A DNA stretch of 63,309 bases, counting the filler, from Sphacelaria rigidula (taxonomy: Eukaryota), in the NCBI GenBank assembly GCA_964200075.2. It is 7 parts of 7 records of this genome, joined end to end, with 100 filler letters (N's around TTAATTAATTAA, not from the genome) between each part and the next. Parts side by side here need not be neighbours in the genome. Positions count along the whole stretch, not along the records: positions 36,236 to 45,193 come from CAXNAA020009654.1; positions 45,294 to 54,251 come from CAXNAA020009655.1; 5 more parts are not named here. One strand, given 5' to 3'. A program made the translations under genes and the position numbers. Positions 37,515 through 48,368 of the stretch are shown here, piece by piece. The notes below the pieces were generated by a model that was not told where the DNA came from, searched no databases, and saw only the letters and a list, made by a program, of their open reading frames with translations. Each line of letters starts with the position of its first letter. Position 1 is the first letter of the stretch.

Positions 37515-40500
37515 CTGAAAAGTTACGGTGGTCGACACAAAAATCACACAAAAATCAGCGGCGGAATCTGAATAATGACCCTGTACTGCTCTCATACGTG
37601 GAGTGGTGTGTTCAGGAATCCACGGAGAAATGTGACGATGCGCTTTCTGGTGTCTCAGGCCAACAGACCAAATAGAATAGCCCAGGATCGGTATGCCAGC
37701 CTGATATTTCCAAGGTTGTCCAGTTCACGGAATGCATACAAATTATTGTTTGGAAATAACGGCCAACACTTACTCCAAACCTAAAGCCAACCGAGAGTAT
37801 ATCGAGCATTCGGGAAACGGGTGTGTAGAGGGTGCCCGACGGGAAGTGGGCGCTGGCAGACCTCAAATCGGCACCGCCGACGTCAATTTGGACAAAAACG
37901 AGTTATGCGCAAGCTAGGGGCACGTGGGGCTGTCAATCCCCACTGAAGCTCAAAACATCGGTCAGTGTTGAGCCTCAAGAAAAGAAGAAAAAAATCTACT
38001 GCAGTCCTATACCCGCGTAAAATAGTCATTGAACAAGGTATGAGGTTGGACCAGCTGCGCAGGGAACGCACTTCACACGGGAGGCGCGCCTCAGACGAAC
38101 GTTCGCCGGTCCAGCTGGAGGCACCACTGGGAAGTTGTGTTCAAGGCGGGGCCGTGGATGCTCATGTGTGGCTAAAAAGATGACAGTTTCTCGACTTCGT
38201 TGGTATTAATGCTGTTGCTCTGTATCGGTTCCTTGCGGGCACTATGGTATGCCGATGATGGCCGACACGCTGTACCATCATCCCCCGTCCCACGATGCGC
38301 ACGCGGTACAACACTACGTATTTTGTGCAGATGGCGAATACTCATTTCAATTGCTGCCCGTCGCAAAATAAACGACAAAATTGTCTGCAAATACATGGTG
38401 ATACAGTTGGACAGTTTGAAATTTGAAACGTTGCAAGCCGGTGTTCATATATTACAGTATGAAACTATGCACGTCATGCTTACTGCCTGGACAATACAGT
38501 ATCGAACAGTACACCACATCACGAGAAAACAGTATCCCGTGCTGTATCTTGCGCAAGTGTCGAGAACTCCCAATTTCAGTGATTTTGCAGGAACTTTGAC
38601 GGTGCAAAACTCCACCCTGCCTCCATCATCAGACATGAAAGTTGGAGCACTGGTGTAACAGAACGCAGGCAGCTATGTGCCAAGAGGCGCCGCGTGCCGA
38701 GGCAATCCCAAAAACAAAACCGTGATTGCCGAATTTACGGCAAATCGATCGAAACGCCTTCAAACATCATTCTTCACAGACGAAACCTCGTTTACCCCGT
38801 CTTGAAGGTCATGTGGACACGGTGGCGCAAGAGTTCCCAAATCCTGTGCAGCAGAGCGACTATTACGCTGGCGAACAATATCAATCTACAGGGGTACCCT
38901 CTGGGTGATGACTTTGAACAGAAATCGTCATCGGAGCATACCCTGCACAAGTCCTGATTCTTCTCGGTACCACCGTACGTGGGCTGCCAGAACTGCGAGG
39001 CAATGAAACTTTGCACGCGTGTGCGCTGAAGCTCTCAATAACCCCATGCCCATAGATCTCGAGTAACGTGCTGCAGCAGGGCGCATCGGGGTCATGATAA
39101 GTCAGATTTTGTTCCGATATTTTTTTCGATAAGCGTTTACTGAGGTGTTCAGGCTAAAATCAAATAATATAAACTGTCCAACATTTTTCACGACAAACGT
39201 GTGAGCTCTGCCGGAAATATCGAACATGCACCTGGGTGCACACACTAGAACTTCACGTGCACCTTGGGATAATGACGAGGCAACATGCGGGCGGTTATCG
39301 CCCCATCACCACTCCAAAAGCGACGAAAGTGCAAGGGGCAGGGAGTGAGGTTCGGGGACTGCGGGGTAGCAACACCTCATCTGGGGAAGTAGGGATTCAC
39401 ATTTCCGGAGCTTCCGCGGCTGGAAGCTCCTGTTAGAGAAAAGTGTTTCGCCCAGGGTGTGTAGCTGGGGGAAATTCACTTGTACAGGCAGCTCTTGAAC
39501 TTGCCTGTATGGACTAGTTTTGTCCAAATCGGCGCCGGCGGCACCAATTTGAGGTCTGCCAATTCACACTTGCCTAGAGCATCCCTTGCAAAAGTCTCTC
39601 GGTATACCATGGTTGAGAGAATTATCGCCTTGCACGAAGATAGGTCTCGCTGGGAGCAACAGATCGACTGTGCAAGTTGACGTGTGCTGCCACAATGTAC
39701 AATCCAGTGTTGTGCGCAAGGCGCGTATAGGAGCAAGTCGAGACATCGCTTGCGGTAGAAAGTGGTGGTCATGCGGCAATGAAAAGCCCTACGTGCTTTT
39801 GCCATTATCCCAGGATGCACGTGAAATTTGAGTCTGCCTTCGGGTGAATGAATATTTGTTTCATGGACTACTGGTTGGGTGCGAGTGGTCTTCATCATAT
39901 GAAAAAATATCAGGTTCATCAATGAACATCGGTGGTCGCCGACGACCGTGGTAATAGGCAAAGACTTGTATTTCTACTACCATCGCTGCTATTCCTCCAT
40001 ATGATTAAACGCTAATCGCTTCGCCTTGAACACCGAATGAAACGCGAAACAATACAGGATCAAACAAACAACACGGGGGTTCCACAGGTTAATGGATTCT
40101 AGTTAGAGGATGAACCTCGGATATCTATAACCAACAATTTCGACCTCCGTTCATCCCGTACACACAGCCCCCCCCGTACACACAGCTTTTCATATTTGCT
40201 GGAAATCCCTGTGGACACGAGATTTTACAAGTTGCGGACGAAATTTTTGTTCGAGCATGAGAAAGGCCGCAGGTCACGACCGGAGAGTGCATGTAAACTT
40301 TCTTCGAAAATATTTCGATGCATATAGAGGTTCCGAAGGTTCATTCTGAAAAAAATATTTCCTTCAAATGTCAAATCCCGTGATAAATGTCAAGAAATCA
40401 GACGAGAAAAAGCCCAGGCCGAGCTGATCGGGGTGAAGCAAAACTAACACATCCGATCTGCCAATCAAGTACATAAAAAAAAAAATCAAAATGGCTACCG

Positions 40501-40677
40501 AACGTCAAACAACAGCCCAAGTTACCCTCATAGAAAAATATCAAAACTACTTAGAACGTTCTTGGAAAAACGGCAGACGCAGTAGCGAGTGTGTGCTACG
40601 GGACGATCTACTCGTTGCGTTTCGGTCCTGGATAGGCACAGAGGGATCTCTAGCGGGAACATCGAATGATTCCTCAC

Positions 40678-40713
40678 CTCCTTCCTCTTCGATCCGGGAC
40701 CATTTGGAAACAT
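40678..40713 (-). CDS. Candidate first coding exon of the COG0523 gene
   Basis: MFPNGPGSKRKE|gtgagg; phase 0 fits the next exon and there is an in-frame stop upstream; no homology support. Confidence 0.3.
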
Positions 40714-40766
40714 CTCGGGGCAACGACGGGTCTATCGAGGGGAGATTTGAGGACACGTAGCTCTAC

Positions 40767-41044
40767 CACATTGCCATGACTTGCTCTACTAGTCGCGGCG
40801 GTTCCAGGACATCTTCCCGTTTTCCGGTGGCCGCAGTTTTCACTTTAGCCTAACGAGAAATCTTGTCCGATAACGGTAGAAATCAGTCATGTCAGAGAAA
40901 GGTGGCGATTTTTCCCAGATTTGACTGCTCATCACCTTTCTTGGACAAAAATTCTTGTTTGGCCAAAATGAAAACTGCTGTCACCGGAAAACGAGAAGAT
41001 GTCTTAGAACCGAATCAACTGGTAGAGTAAGTCATTCCAAGGTG
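40767..41044. mobile_element. Foldback/MITE hairpin (about 130-bp imperfect arms)
   Basis: atgacttgctctac...gacatcttcccgttttccggtg is mirrored by caccggaaaacgagaagatgtc...gtagagtaagtcat. Confidence 0.75.
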
Positions 41045-41410
41045 TCAAACTCCGTCTAGCTATCTTTTGGGTCGTAAAACGATATAAAAGCTCGAAGAAG
41101 GCACCTTCACAGATTTTTGTTTTTGTCTATTATAAGGAGCGGCCTCAGAGCAAAAAATGATGCCTGCAGTTGCACACGCAGGGCAAACCCCACATCAAGC
41201 TTTAACTTATGCCAGACGTGTAGAAAGTGCCGTTTTCGCCATGGAACGCTCCCTCAAGCCCAAGCGCATTTTACCCAATATGCCACAGCCAAATTTGTGA
41301 CTATACTTGTCACATAATATGATATGTTACAGGCTGGTTTACGGTGATCACCCTAACTTGTGTCATCAGCAAATGCCTTCCGCAATACGCACCCAACGGT
41401 CGCATATATG

Positions 41411-41615
41411 CAAGGGTAGGTCGAGTAGAGTTTACTCAATTGCGGGGTATTTTGAAAGTCGTACTTCAAGTACATAAATTGGGGGTAGGGTTTCAAGGAT
41501 CGCTCTCCACTTACTTTTGGGGTACGACTCCCACCACTCTACCCTTACTTGAATACCCCAAGTACCTCTTTCAAAATACCCCGTATTTGAGTATACTCTA
41601 CTCGACCTGCCCTTG
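41411..41615. mobile_element. P-superfamily-like MITE
   Basis: About 48-bp TIRs CAAGGGTAGGTCGAGTAGAG... / ...CTCTACTCGACCTGCCCTTG; 8-bp TSD CATATATG / GATATATG (7 of 8 match). Confidence 0.8.
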
Positions 41616-42257
41616 GATATATGGTATCATGCTGACCGCAATGAAGAGACGAAGAGGGTGAGATAGCCGGATGGACGAAAATGTGTCCCAGACAATCAGC
41701 GCCCTCAAAAATGTTCCGAGATCTGAATTACGAATACCAGGCCCAATTTTCACCCAATCTTTACATGCTTCAAATCGTGGTAACCGTCATCGACACGGGA
41801 ATGTAACGAGAATATCATATTTTTGAAACAGTTACTACAGGGGTCGAATTATACCCGAAACCGTGATGTTTCGGTGATGTCGGGTGTTGGCGTCGTCTAA
41901 TTTCCACTAATGATACGCACGAAAGACCCAGGGAGCCTCGTGATGGTGTCCCCGATATCTGTTCTAGAAAAGCTCAGATCGCCCTAAAACTCGGCAGTTC
42001 CGTAGGTATTGGTGCTCAAAATGGAAAAATTGTATTTTTGACAATATATCATGGTTTCTCCGTTCTCGACCGGCTTCCGAGGGTCCCAGCGTGAAGACCC
42101 CCGGAAGGCGATACAGAATGCCCTGAAAGAAACATCATAAAATGATGCGTCCCGGGAGAGTCCAAGGAACACATGTACAAAGTTTGGTGGAGAAACTCGG
42201 AAACCTTATACAGTTTTTCTTGCTTTGACGTGAAATTCACCCCAATAGACATTTCCA

Positions 42258-42990
42258 TACTAAAACCAAGTAGTTAGGAGTTGCACGTTTCAAGCTCACG
42301 TCCTCCACAAACGCGCAAACTTTCACGCTGTCATTGGGAGTTAGATCCTGAAACTTCGCACAAACGTGCTACGTATCATTACGCAACTTTTTACGGACGA
42401 TGTTTTTTGTACTTCTCAAGTTTTTCACCGTCCTTCGCGGGTCCGACGGGATCGAAGTCGTTTTTCGAAGTAGTCTCTATTTTGCGACCCCAGAAAAAAG
42501 GCGCTACGATATTTTTCTTCATTTTTTCGCGAACTATTTAACCTCCGCATAATCAAAGGTTGGGCTCCACAAATTTTCGTCGCAAAACTCGATCAACCGA
42601 TGCGTTAATTTCCATGTTCATATCAACAAGGGCCCAAAAACGCCGTTTCAGTACTAAAATCAAGTAGTTTGCCGTTTCACCGCGGTACGGCAAACTTCAT
42701 CGCACGGAAGCGAAAAGACCAACTGCGTTTTAAGGAGTCAGACACTGAAAATTTGTACATCTGTGCTTTGGGTCATTACGCAACTTTGGATGGAAGAGGT
42801 TTTTCGACTTTTTCCTTTTTTACCGTTCTACGGGGGTCCGATTGGATCGATGGGGGAAAAACTGGGACCCTCGAAAAACAGTGAAAAAAGTCAAAAAGTC
42901 GAAAAACCCCGACCTTCGAAAGTTGCGTAATGCCACATCAAACACCTGTGCAAAAGTTCAGGGTCCAACCCCTTAAAACTACGTGAGGTT
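42258..42990. repeat. Direct and inverted duplicated blocks, probably a transposon terminal region
   Basis: actaaaa(c/t)caagtagtt...cattacgcaacttt recurs near 42259 and 42653; inverted aaagttgcgtaatg near 42919. Confidence 0.5.
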
Positions 42991-43727
42991 TCGCCGATGA
43001 GTGTTTTTTGGGTGATCAACGTGGACCAGCCTGTATGACACATCATATGCTATGTTCATGATATACATGGCGACATCAGATATGATATGAACCTTCAAGA
43101 ATCTATTTCGGCTCGTCCCTGCCGGGGTGGGTCGAGGACTGCCAGCGGTCTTGACCAACGAAAAGATCACCAAACCGATGACAGAAAGGCAGGGAAAGAG
43201 GTGAGAAACACGAGGCCCATCCTAGTGTCGACGTGGATGCTGAGTTTGGCAGGTATGAGGTACGGGGATCACGACAACCAACGTAGTTTATATCGAATCA
43301 AACTGTCGGAATATACCACCCTCCCCAACTGCCCATACTGGAGTGGGCAGGAGTCCGCTAGTGATCTTACACCAGGAAAAGACAATTCAAGAACAACGGT
43401 AGAGACACGAGCCTCGTACCTACGGGGAGCCTGAATCGAAAGTTGAGGGGCACCGCAATCGCGAGATCGGCGTGTGCTTTGTTTCGGAACAACTTTGGCA
43501 GCATGAGGTTGAATCCTCAAGCCCCGGCATGGACCCCAGGGCTATGCAGCAGCAGAGACCGACCGCAGTGGCGATAGCCTGGACAGGAGTGGAGGGGCTG
43601 CACACTGCGTGGGTACGTACACCGGAAGCGAAGAAGTAGAGTCGGACAGAGCAGAAAAGTTGCACCTGCCCGTGAGAGAAGACAAACACCGGGCTGACCA
43701 ACACAGTCGCGAGTCTACAACGCGATC

Positions 43728-45125
43728 ATGGACAAAGAGGAGGGCGGCCGAGCTAGGCGTAGGCTTGCCAGGAAAGCAGCAAGAATAGCCCGGGCGAGGC
43801 GGCGGAGTCAGCCAGTTAAGGTAACCACCTACAACGTCAGAACTCTCGCTGTGAAAGGAGCAAACGAATGGGGACGAGACAAGAGCCTCTTGTATGAGGC
43901 TGCGAGACAAAACATCTCGGTGGTAGGACTGCAGGAGACACGGAGGGCAGAACGAACACACTTCAAGAGCCGAGTTCAAAGTCTTCCGCTGTGGGAATGA
44001 ACCAGGTAGGCAACTCGATGTGGGGCTAGCCATCAAAGAGTCGACCTGCAAAAACCTCACCTGCACCACTGAGTACATTGACGAGCGCCTCATGGCAATG
44101 CGGTTTGAAAGATCGGCGCAACGCGGGGCGATCAATTTCATAGCTGCGTATTCATCGACCGAAGTCGCCAAGGACGAAACCAAACAAGCATTCTGAGGTA
44201 GTCCCTACGATCCAAAACAGCGGATCCCATCGAAGGAGTGTGTATAGGTCCTGACGGACGCTAACGCGCGAACGGGGAAAACAGTGGGAGAAAGCCTACA
44301 GGACGAAGGGGTCCTAGGCGCCTACGGACGTGATGAACTTGATGATAACGGCCACCTACTCTCAACTTTCGCAGCCGACAGCAGACCAGCCATCATAAAC
44401 ACTTCCTTCAGCACGCGCATAGCCGGGATATTACACACGTATAATGGTGTCGCAGGGGGACCGCGCTAGTGACTTCAAGCGGATAGACTACACACTTACC
44501 CGGCAGGGCACACCGAGGTAGAGAGTACAGCGTAGTCGTACACCCCCAACCCACACCTCCGACCGAAGCTGTCTCGAATCACGACATGGTGATGGCCGCT
44601 TTCGACCTCGGTGGCCGCCTCTCCCACATCCGTACTGTACGAACCAAATCGAAGCAGCAGCAGTTCGGTAGACGGCAGCTGCAGATTCAAGTAGCACGGC
44701 AGCACGTGATCGAGAGGTTCCTACACAACCTCGGAGAGGAAGCATACCAGCCACCCACCACCACAGCGACGGCCGCGAAGGAGTTCACCGACGCCATCCT
44801 CAAAGCAGCACATACGGTACTCCCGGCAGAGACACGGATGCCACGTATGCCGAAGCGGTGTGAAAGTCCTGGTGCGAGAGCAACAGTAGAGGCAGCGCTT
44901 GCCTACCGACGGGAGGCACGACGCCTGATGAAGGACAACACGACCCTAGCAACGTGGAAAGCACTCAAGGTCGCTTGCAAAGCAGCACGTACCGCGATAG
45001 ACGGCATCCACGCGCACCTGAAGAGGTATGTGGCGAGGCTAGGAGCGATCAACAAGGAGGATCGCGACATGCGAGGCCTGTACGAACACCTCAAGACGTC
45101 GGTGGGTCTTGACAGTAGGCAATCA
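43728..45125 (+). mobile_element. Decayed non-LTR retrotransposon (APE endonuclease, RTE-like), RT domain absent
   Basis: APE motifs TYNVRTL, GLQETR, IDERLMAMRF, TDANARTG, RIDY and NHDMV, spread over several frames with stops and frameshifts. Confidence 0.9.
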
Positions 45126-45193
45126 GGGGGGGGGCGTACTCATTTGTTGCTTGCCTTAGTCATTTGACCATTGACCACGCATCCCTTTCGAGA

Positions 45194-45293
45194 NNNNNNN
45201 NNNNNNNNNNNNNNNNNNNNNNNNNNNNNNNNNNNNNTTAATTAATTAANNNNNNNNNNNNNNNNNNNNNNNNNNNNNNNNNNNNNNNNNNNN
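45194..45293. other. Artificial contig spacer
   Basis: Same 100-bp linker. Confidence 0.98.
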
Positions 45294-45394
45294 TGGTTTT
45301 TCTTAGATGTATTGTTGTCGGTTATGTGGAATATTGTGTTATGAGTTTATTGGGGGGGGGGGGGGGGGGGAAAACATGGGTCCCGCATTTCTCA

Positions 45395-45928
45395 TTTATT
45401 CGGACATGAAAAGATGTCGGTCACAGTAACGTAGCCGACAAGGATCGCGGAAACCAAACAGCTGCGGTACAAGTACCACTTTCATACGATGTTCCTTGCT
45501 AGCGGTGTGGACGAAGGGGTAGCGTAATGTTGAATACAGGTGACTGTCTGCAGCGCTGCGGACGTTTTTTCTGTCATGTCGAGGAAAACGAACCTCTAGA
45601 GTACTGAACAGAAACGATTTCATGCTAAGTAACGAATGACTGCAAACAACAAAATATGAACACGAACAAGCGAATGAAAATCAACAAAAACATAAATTTT
45701 ACCACCACTACTACCACTAACACCACCACTAGGTGCCACTAGGTGGGAAACAACTACAGAATTAATAACCAAAAACTGAAAAGCAAAAAAAGACAACGAG
45801 CATGCACGCATGAATTAACGAACAAATGATAACAGGTGTACCGCTTCCCCCAAAAGTATGCCCCGTCTCGAAAGGGATGCGTGGTCAATGGTCAAACGAC
45901 CAAGGCAAGCAACAAATGAGTACGCCCC
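45395..45928 (-). mobile_element. Retroelement-like repeat: G-run head, T-rich body, LINE-like tail
   Basis: Reverse complement starts GGGGCGTACTCATTTGTTGCTTGCC (as at 45131-45193) and ends ctacgttactgtgacc...atgtccgaataaat, resembling the tails near 8905-8959 and 48085-48143. Confidence 0.65.
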
Positions 45929-45991
45929 AAAGCCCATCAGAAAATGATCTCGACATTCACAGTTCATCACAGGAAAGGAATAGCACATCAC

Positions 45992-46140
45992 CTGTCACGA
46001 GGATTCCCGCCCCCTCCGTACATGCCCATGCCACCACCGCCTTGCCGACCACGTCCTCCGTATCCTCCCCCACCTCCGTATCCTCCCCCGCCCCCGCCTC
46101 CACCTCCACCTCCGCCTCCGCCACCCCCATAATACGACAT
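45992..46140 (-). CDS. Probable first coding exon of a Gly-rich (YGG/RG) RNA-binding protein, possibly a DBP2/DDX5-type helicase N-terminus
   Basis: MSYY-poly(G)-YGGGGGYGGRGRQGGGGMGMYGGGGNPRD(R)|gtgatg; an acceptor (ttgcag|) near 46175 precedes the ATG; the rest of the gene is off the contig. Confidence 0.55.
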
Positions 46141-46530
46141 ACCGTTTCACTAGAGCGTCAAGGCACGCCGGCTCCTGCAATTTGAACAAACGAAGACAAC
46201 AGAGGGGTGAGATGAGAGGGCTCGCCAGACCACTACGGCATGCAGTCGAGGTGTAGATGCAGAGGACAGCTAGACGCTACGGTCATGTATACACAAAAAA
46301 CGAAAACTGCGACACGTGAAAATATGCTACTGTACGAGCTGGGCCAGCGGTAATTCCCGCATTCGCTTTCCACATCACAACTTCTCAAGTTTTCCAAATC
46401 AGCGCGATCTGAGCATATCGCTGTGAAGTTGAGACTAACCTGGTAACACACGGCACAACTACTGAATGAAGAAAAATGAAAAAAAAATGAAAAAAAAATG
46501 TACATGATATATTAACTTAACGACGGACGA

Positions 46531-46620
46531 AAAAAAAAGAGAATCTGTCAGGATTCGAACTCATGACAGCCATAATTGGAGTCTCCTGTATGACTTGAAT
46601 TTAACGAGCGCGGTCGTCAC
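46531..46620 (-). repeat. tRNA-like remnant (B-box hairpin then T-run)
   Basis: Reverse complement tgtcatgaGTTCGAATCctgacagattctcTTTTTTTT; no full cloverleaf. Confidence 0.35.
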
Positions 46621-47799
46621 ACGAGAAGTGCGATGCCGCGCCCAATTTGAGATATTTTCCGCCGAAACTTTACCAGAATGTCGTTGACGCTAGTGCCAAC
46701 ATGTTGGAGCATTGTCGTCGTTATCATTTTTGAAGGGAGTTATAGCACTTTTCCCGTCTTTGCTGGAACTTCAACTCGCTTTAACTTCCTGCTTTTTTTC
46801 TTCTTCATCTGCGCCTCCAATAGAGTTGTGCAGGTTCATGATGAAGATATGTCAAAATTTCAGCGCCCCACTCTTCGGTAAAAAATCACCGTTAGCTGGC
46901 CCAGCTCGTACACGAATCAATATTCGGGCATTCGGCGTTATTGCGAAGGTGCGTCACACATACACATCAAAAGCATATGCAAATGTAGCCGTTTCTCAAC
47001 CATGTTTCAGAATTTCGTGGCGAACTCCCCGCAAATCAAAACAAAAGAGCTCGAAACCTCAGTAGGGGCAGCGTGAATCTAAAAAGTAGTGCCACAGGCC
47101 GTCACAGGACATGTTTCAAAACTACCCATCAACGGTGGTATATTTGATGTAATCTATTCCATCCCGTAAAAAAGACGTGTGCACAAGGGACATGCACTGA
47201 CTTCCACAAATCTTCGCAGCGGGGTGTGAATGTACGTGTTGTGCGGAGGCAGGTTTTTACCCCACTTCGAGGGAATCGCGCAATGGGTGAAACATACCTT
47301 GTTTCCGTCAAACCATGACCCCACAATACCAGCCCCAACTGCAACTCAAGGTAGCGCGCGAATCCTCTGGCAACGGGGGTGCATGTTGTTCCCGGGGCAA
47401 TATGTGCGTTCGCTAAAATCCGAACCCAAGGCGCCGATTTTTGCCGAAACGTGGGCTGTTCACATTGCGCACACGCTGGGCGGAGCTTGCGACTGCGGCA
47501 CCTGTCAAAATCCGATGTGATGGTCTACACTAAGAACAAGTATAAAGTCAACCATATCGCTTGATGGCGCGGAGGCGAGGTAACACTCCTTTGGTGGCAC
47601 TGGTGTATGACTGTACTTCACTCAAATGTGCCCGGAGGGTTTTCAAAGTCTGGCTGTCAAGGGGCCCGGCTTGTGTGCAAATATGTAGGAGAAGTACATG
47701 CTATAGCGGTGAGTTGTGCTCGATTTAGCAACGCTCAGAGGACCTTGGATTTTCAGTACAACCAAAAGGGTGTCTGGGGTTGTTGAGTTGACCCTCGCT

Positions 47800-48368
47800 T
47801 GGTGGCCATGCCACTCCCCTTTTGCCGTCAGTCTTTTCTTGTTCTTTTTTATTTCACTTCTTTTGATTTGCTATTTAGTACATCTGAAAGTTTTTTTTTT
47901 CATCCCGATGGACTCGGGGGAAGCTACTTCCTATCTGCTTCCTTCGCGTATCTCTTGTTTATATTTGGTAACATTTTGTTCGATTGTTATTGTTCTGTTG
48001 TTCCTATTTCAAGTAAGGAGTATCAGAAAATGAGAACGTGATGTCTTGTTAGGAATAGCAGGAACGGTATTGGAAAGAGGAGCTCACGTCTGTGACCACG
48101 GGTTCGAGAGATGAGACAAATGTGCGGAAATAACAATAATAATCAAATGAGCGTAAGGTGATGTGGTGGATACACTCTCCGTTCACAGGAAGGCACGGAA
48201 AGATGGGCTGAATCGTTCATTGACACGCCCTGCCTGCGGAAAGTACCGGAAATTAATAGATCCTTGGACTCTGTGACTCGTTTCAAGTTGTATTGACTGC
48301 TCTTTGCACTCTGTGACAACGGGTTCGAGAGATCGAGCTAATGTGTACGATGTAGTAATAATAATAAT
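47800..48368 (+). mobile_element. Two LINE/SINE-type 3' ends with (AAT)n tails
   Basis: ...ctgtgaccacgggttcgagagatgagacaaatgtgcggaaataacaataataat (to about 48143) and a short second copy at 48311-48368; same family as 8700-8959. Confidence 0.7.

Noticed and set aside
43542-44183. 213-aa minus-strand ORF
   Set aside because: Antisense to the LINE endonuclease region.
45944-46132. Extensin-like poly-Pro ORF on the + strand
   Set aside because: Better explained as the reverse complement of a Gly-rich exon that has an ATG and splice sites.
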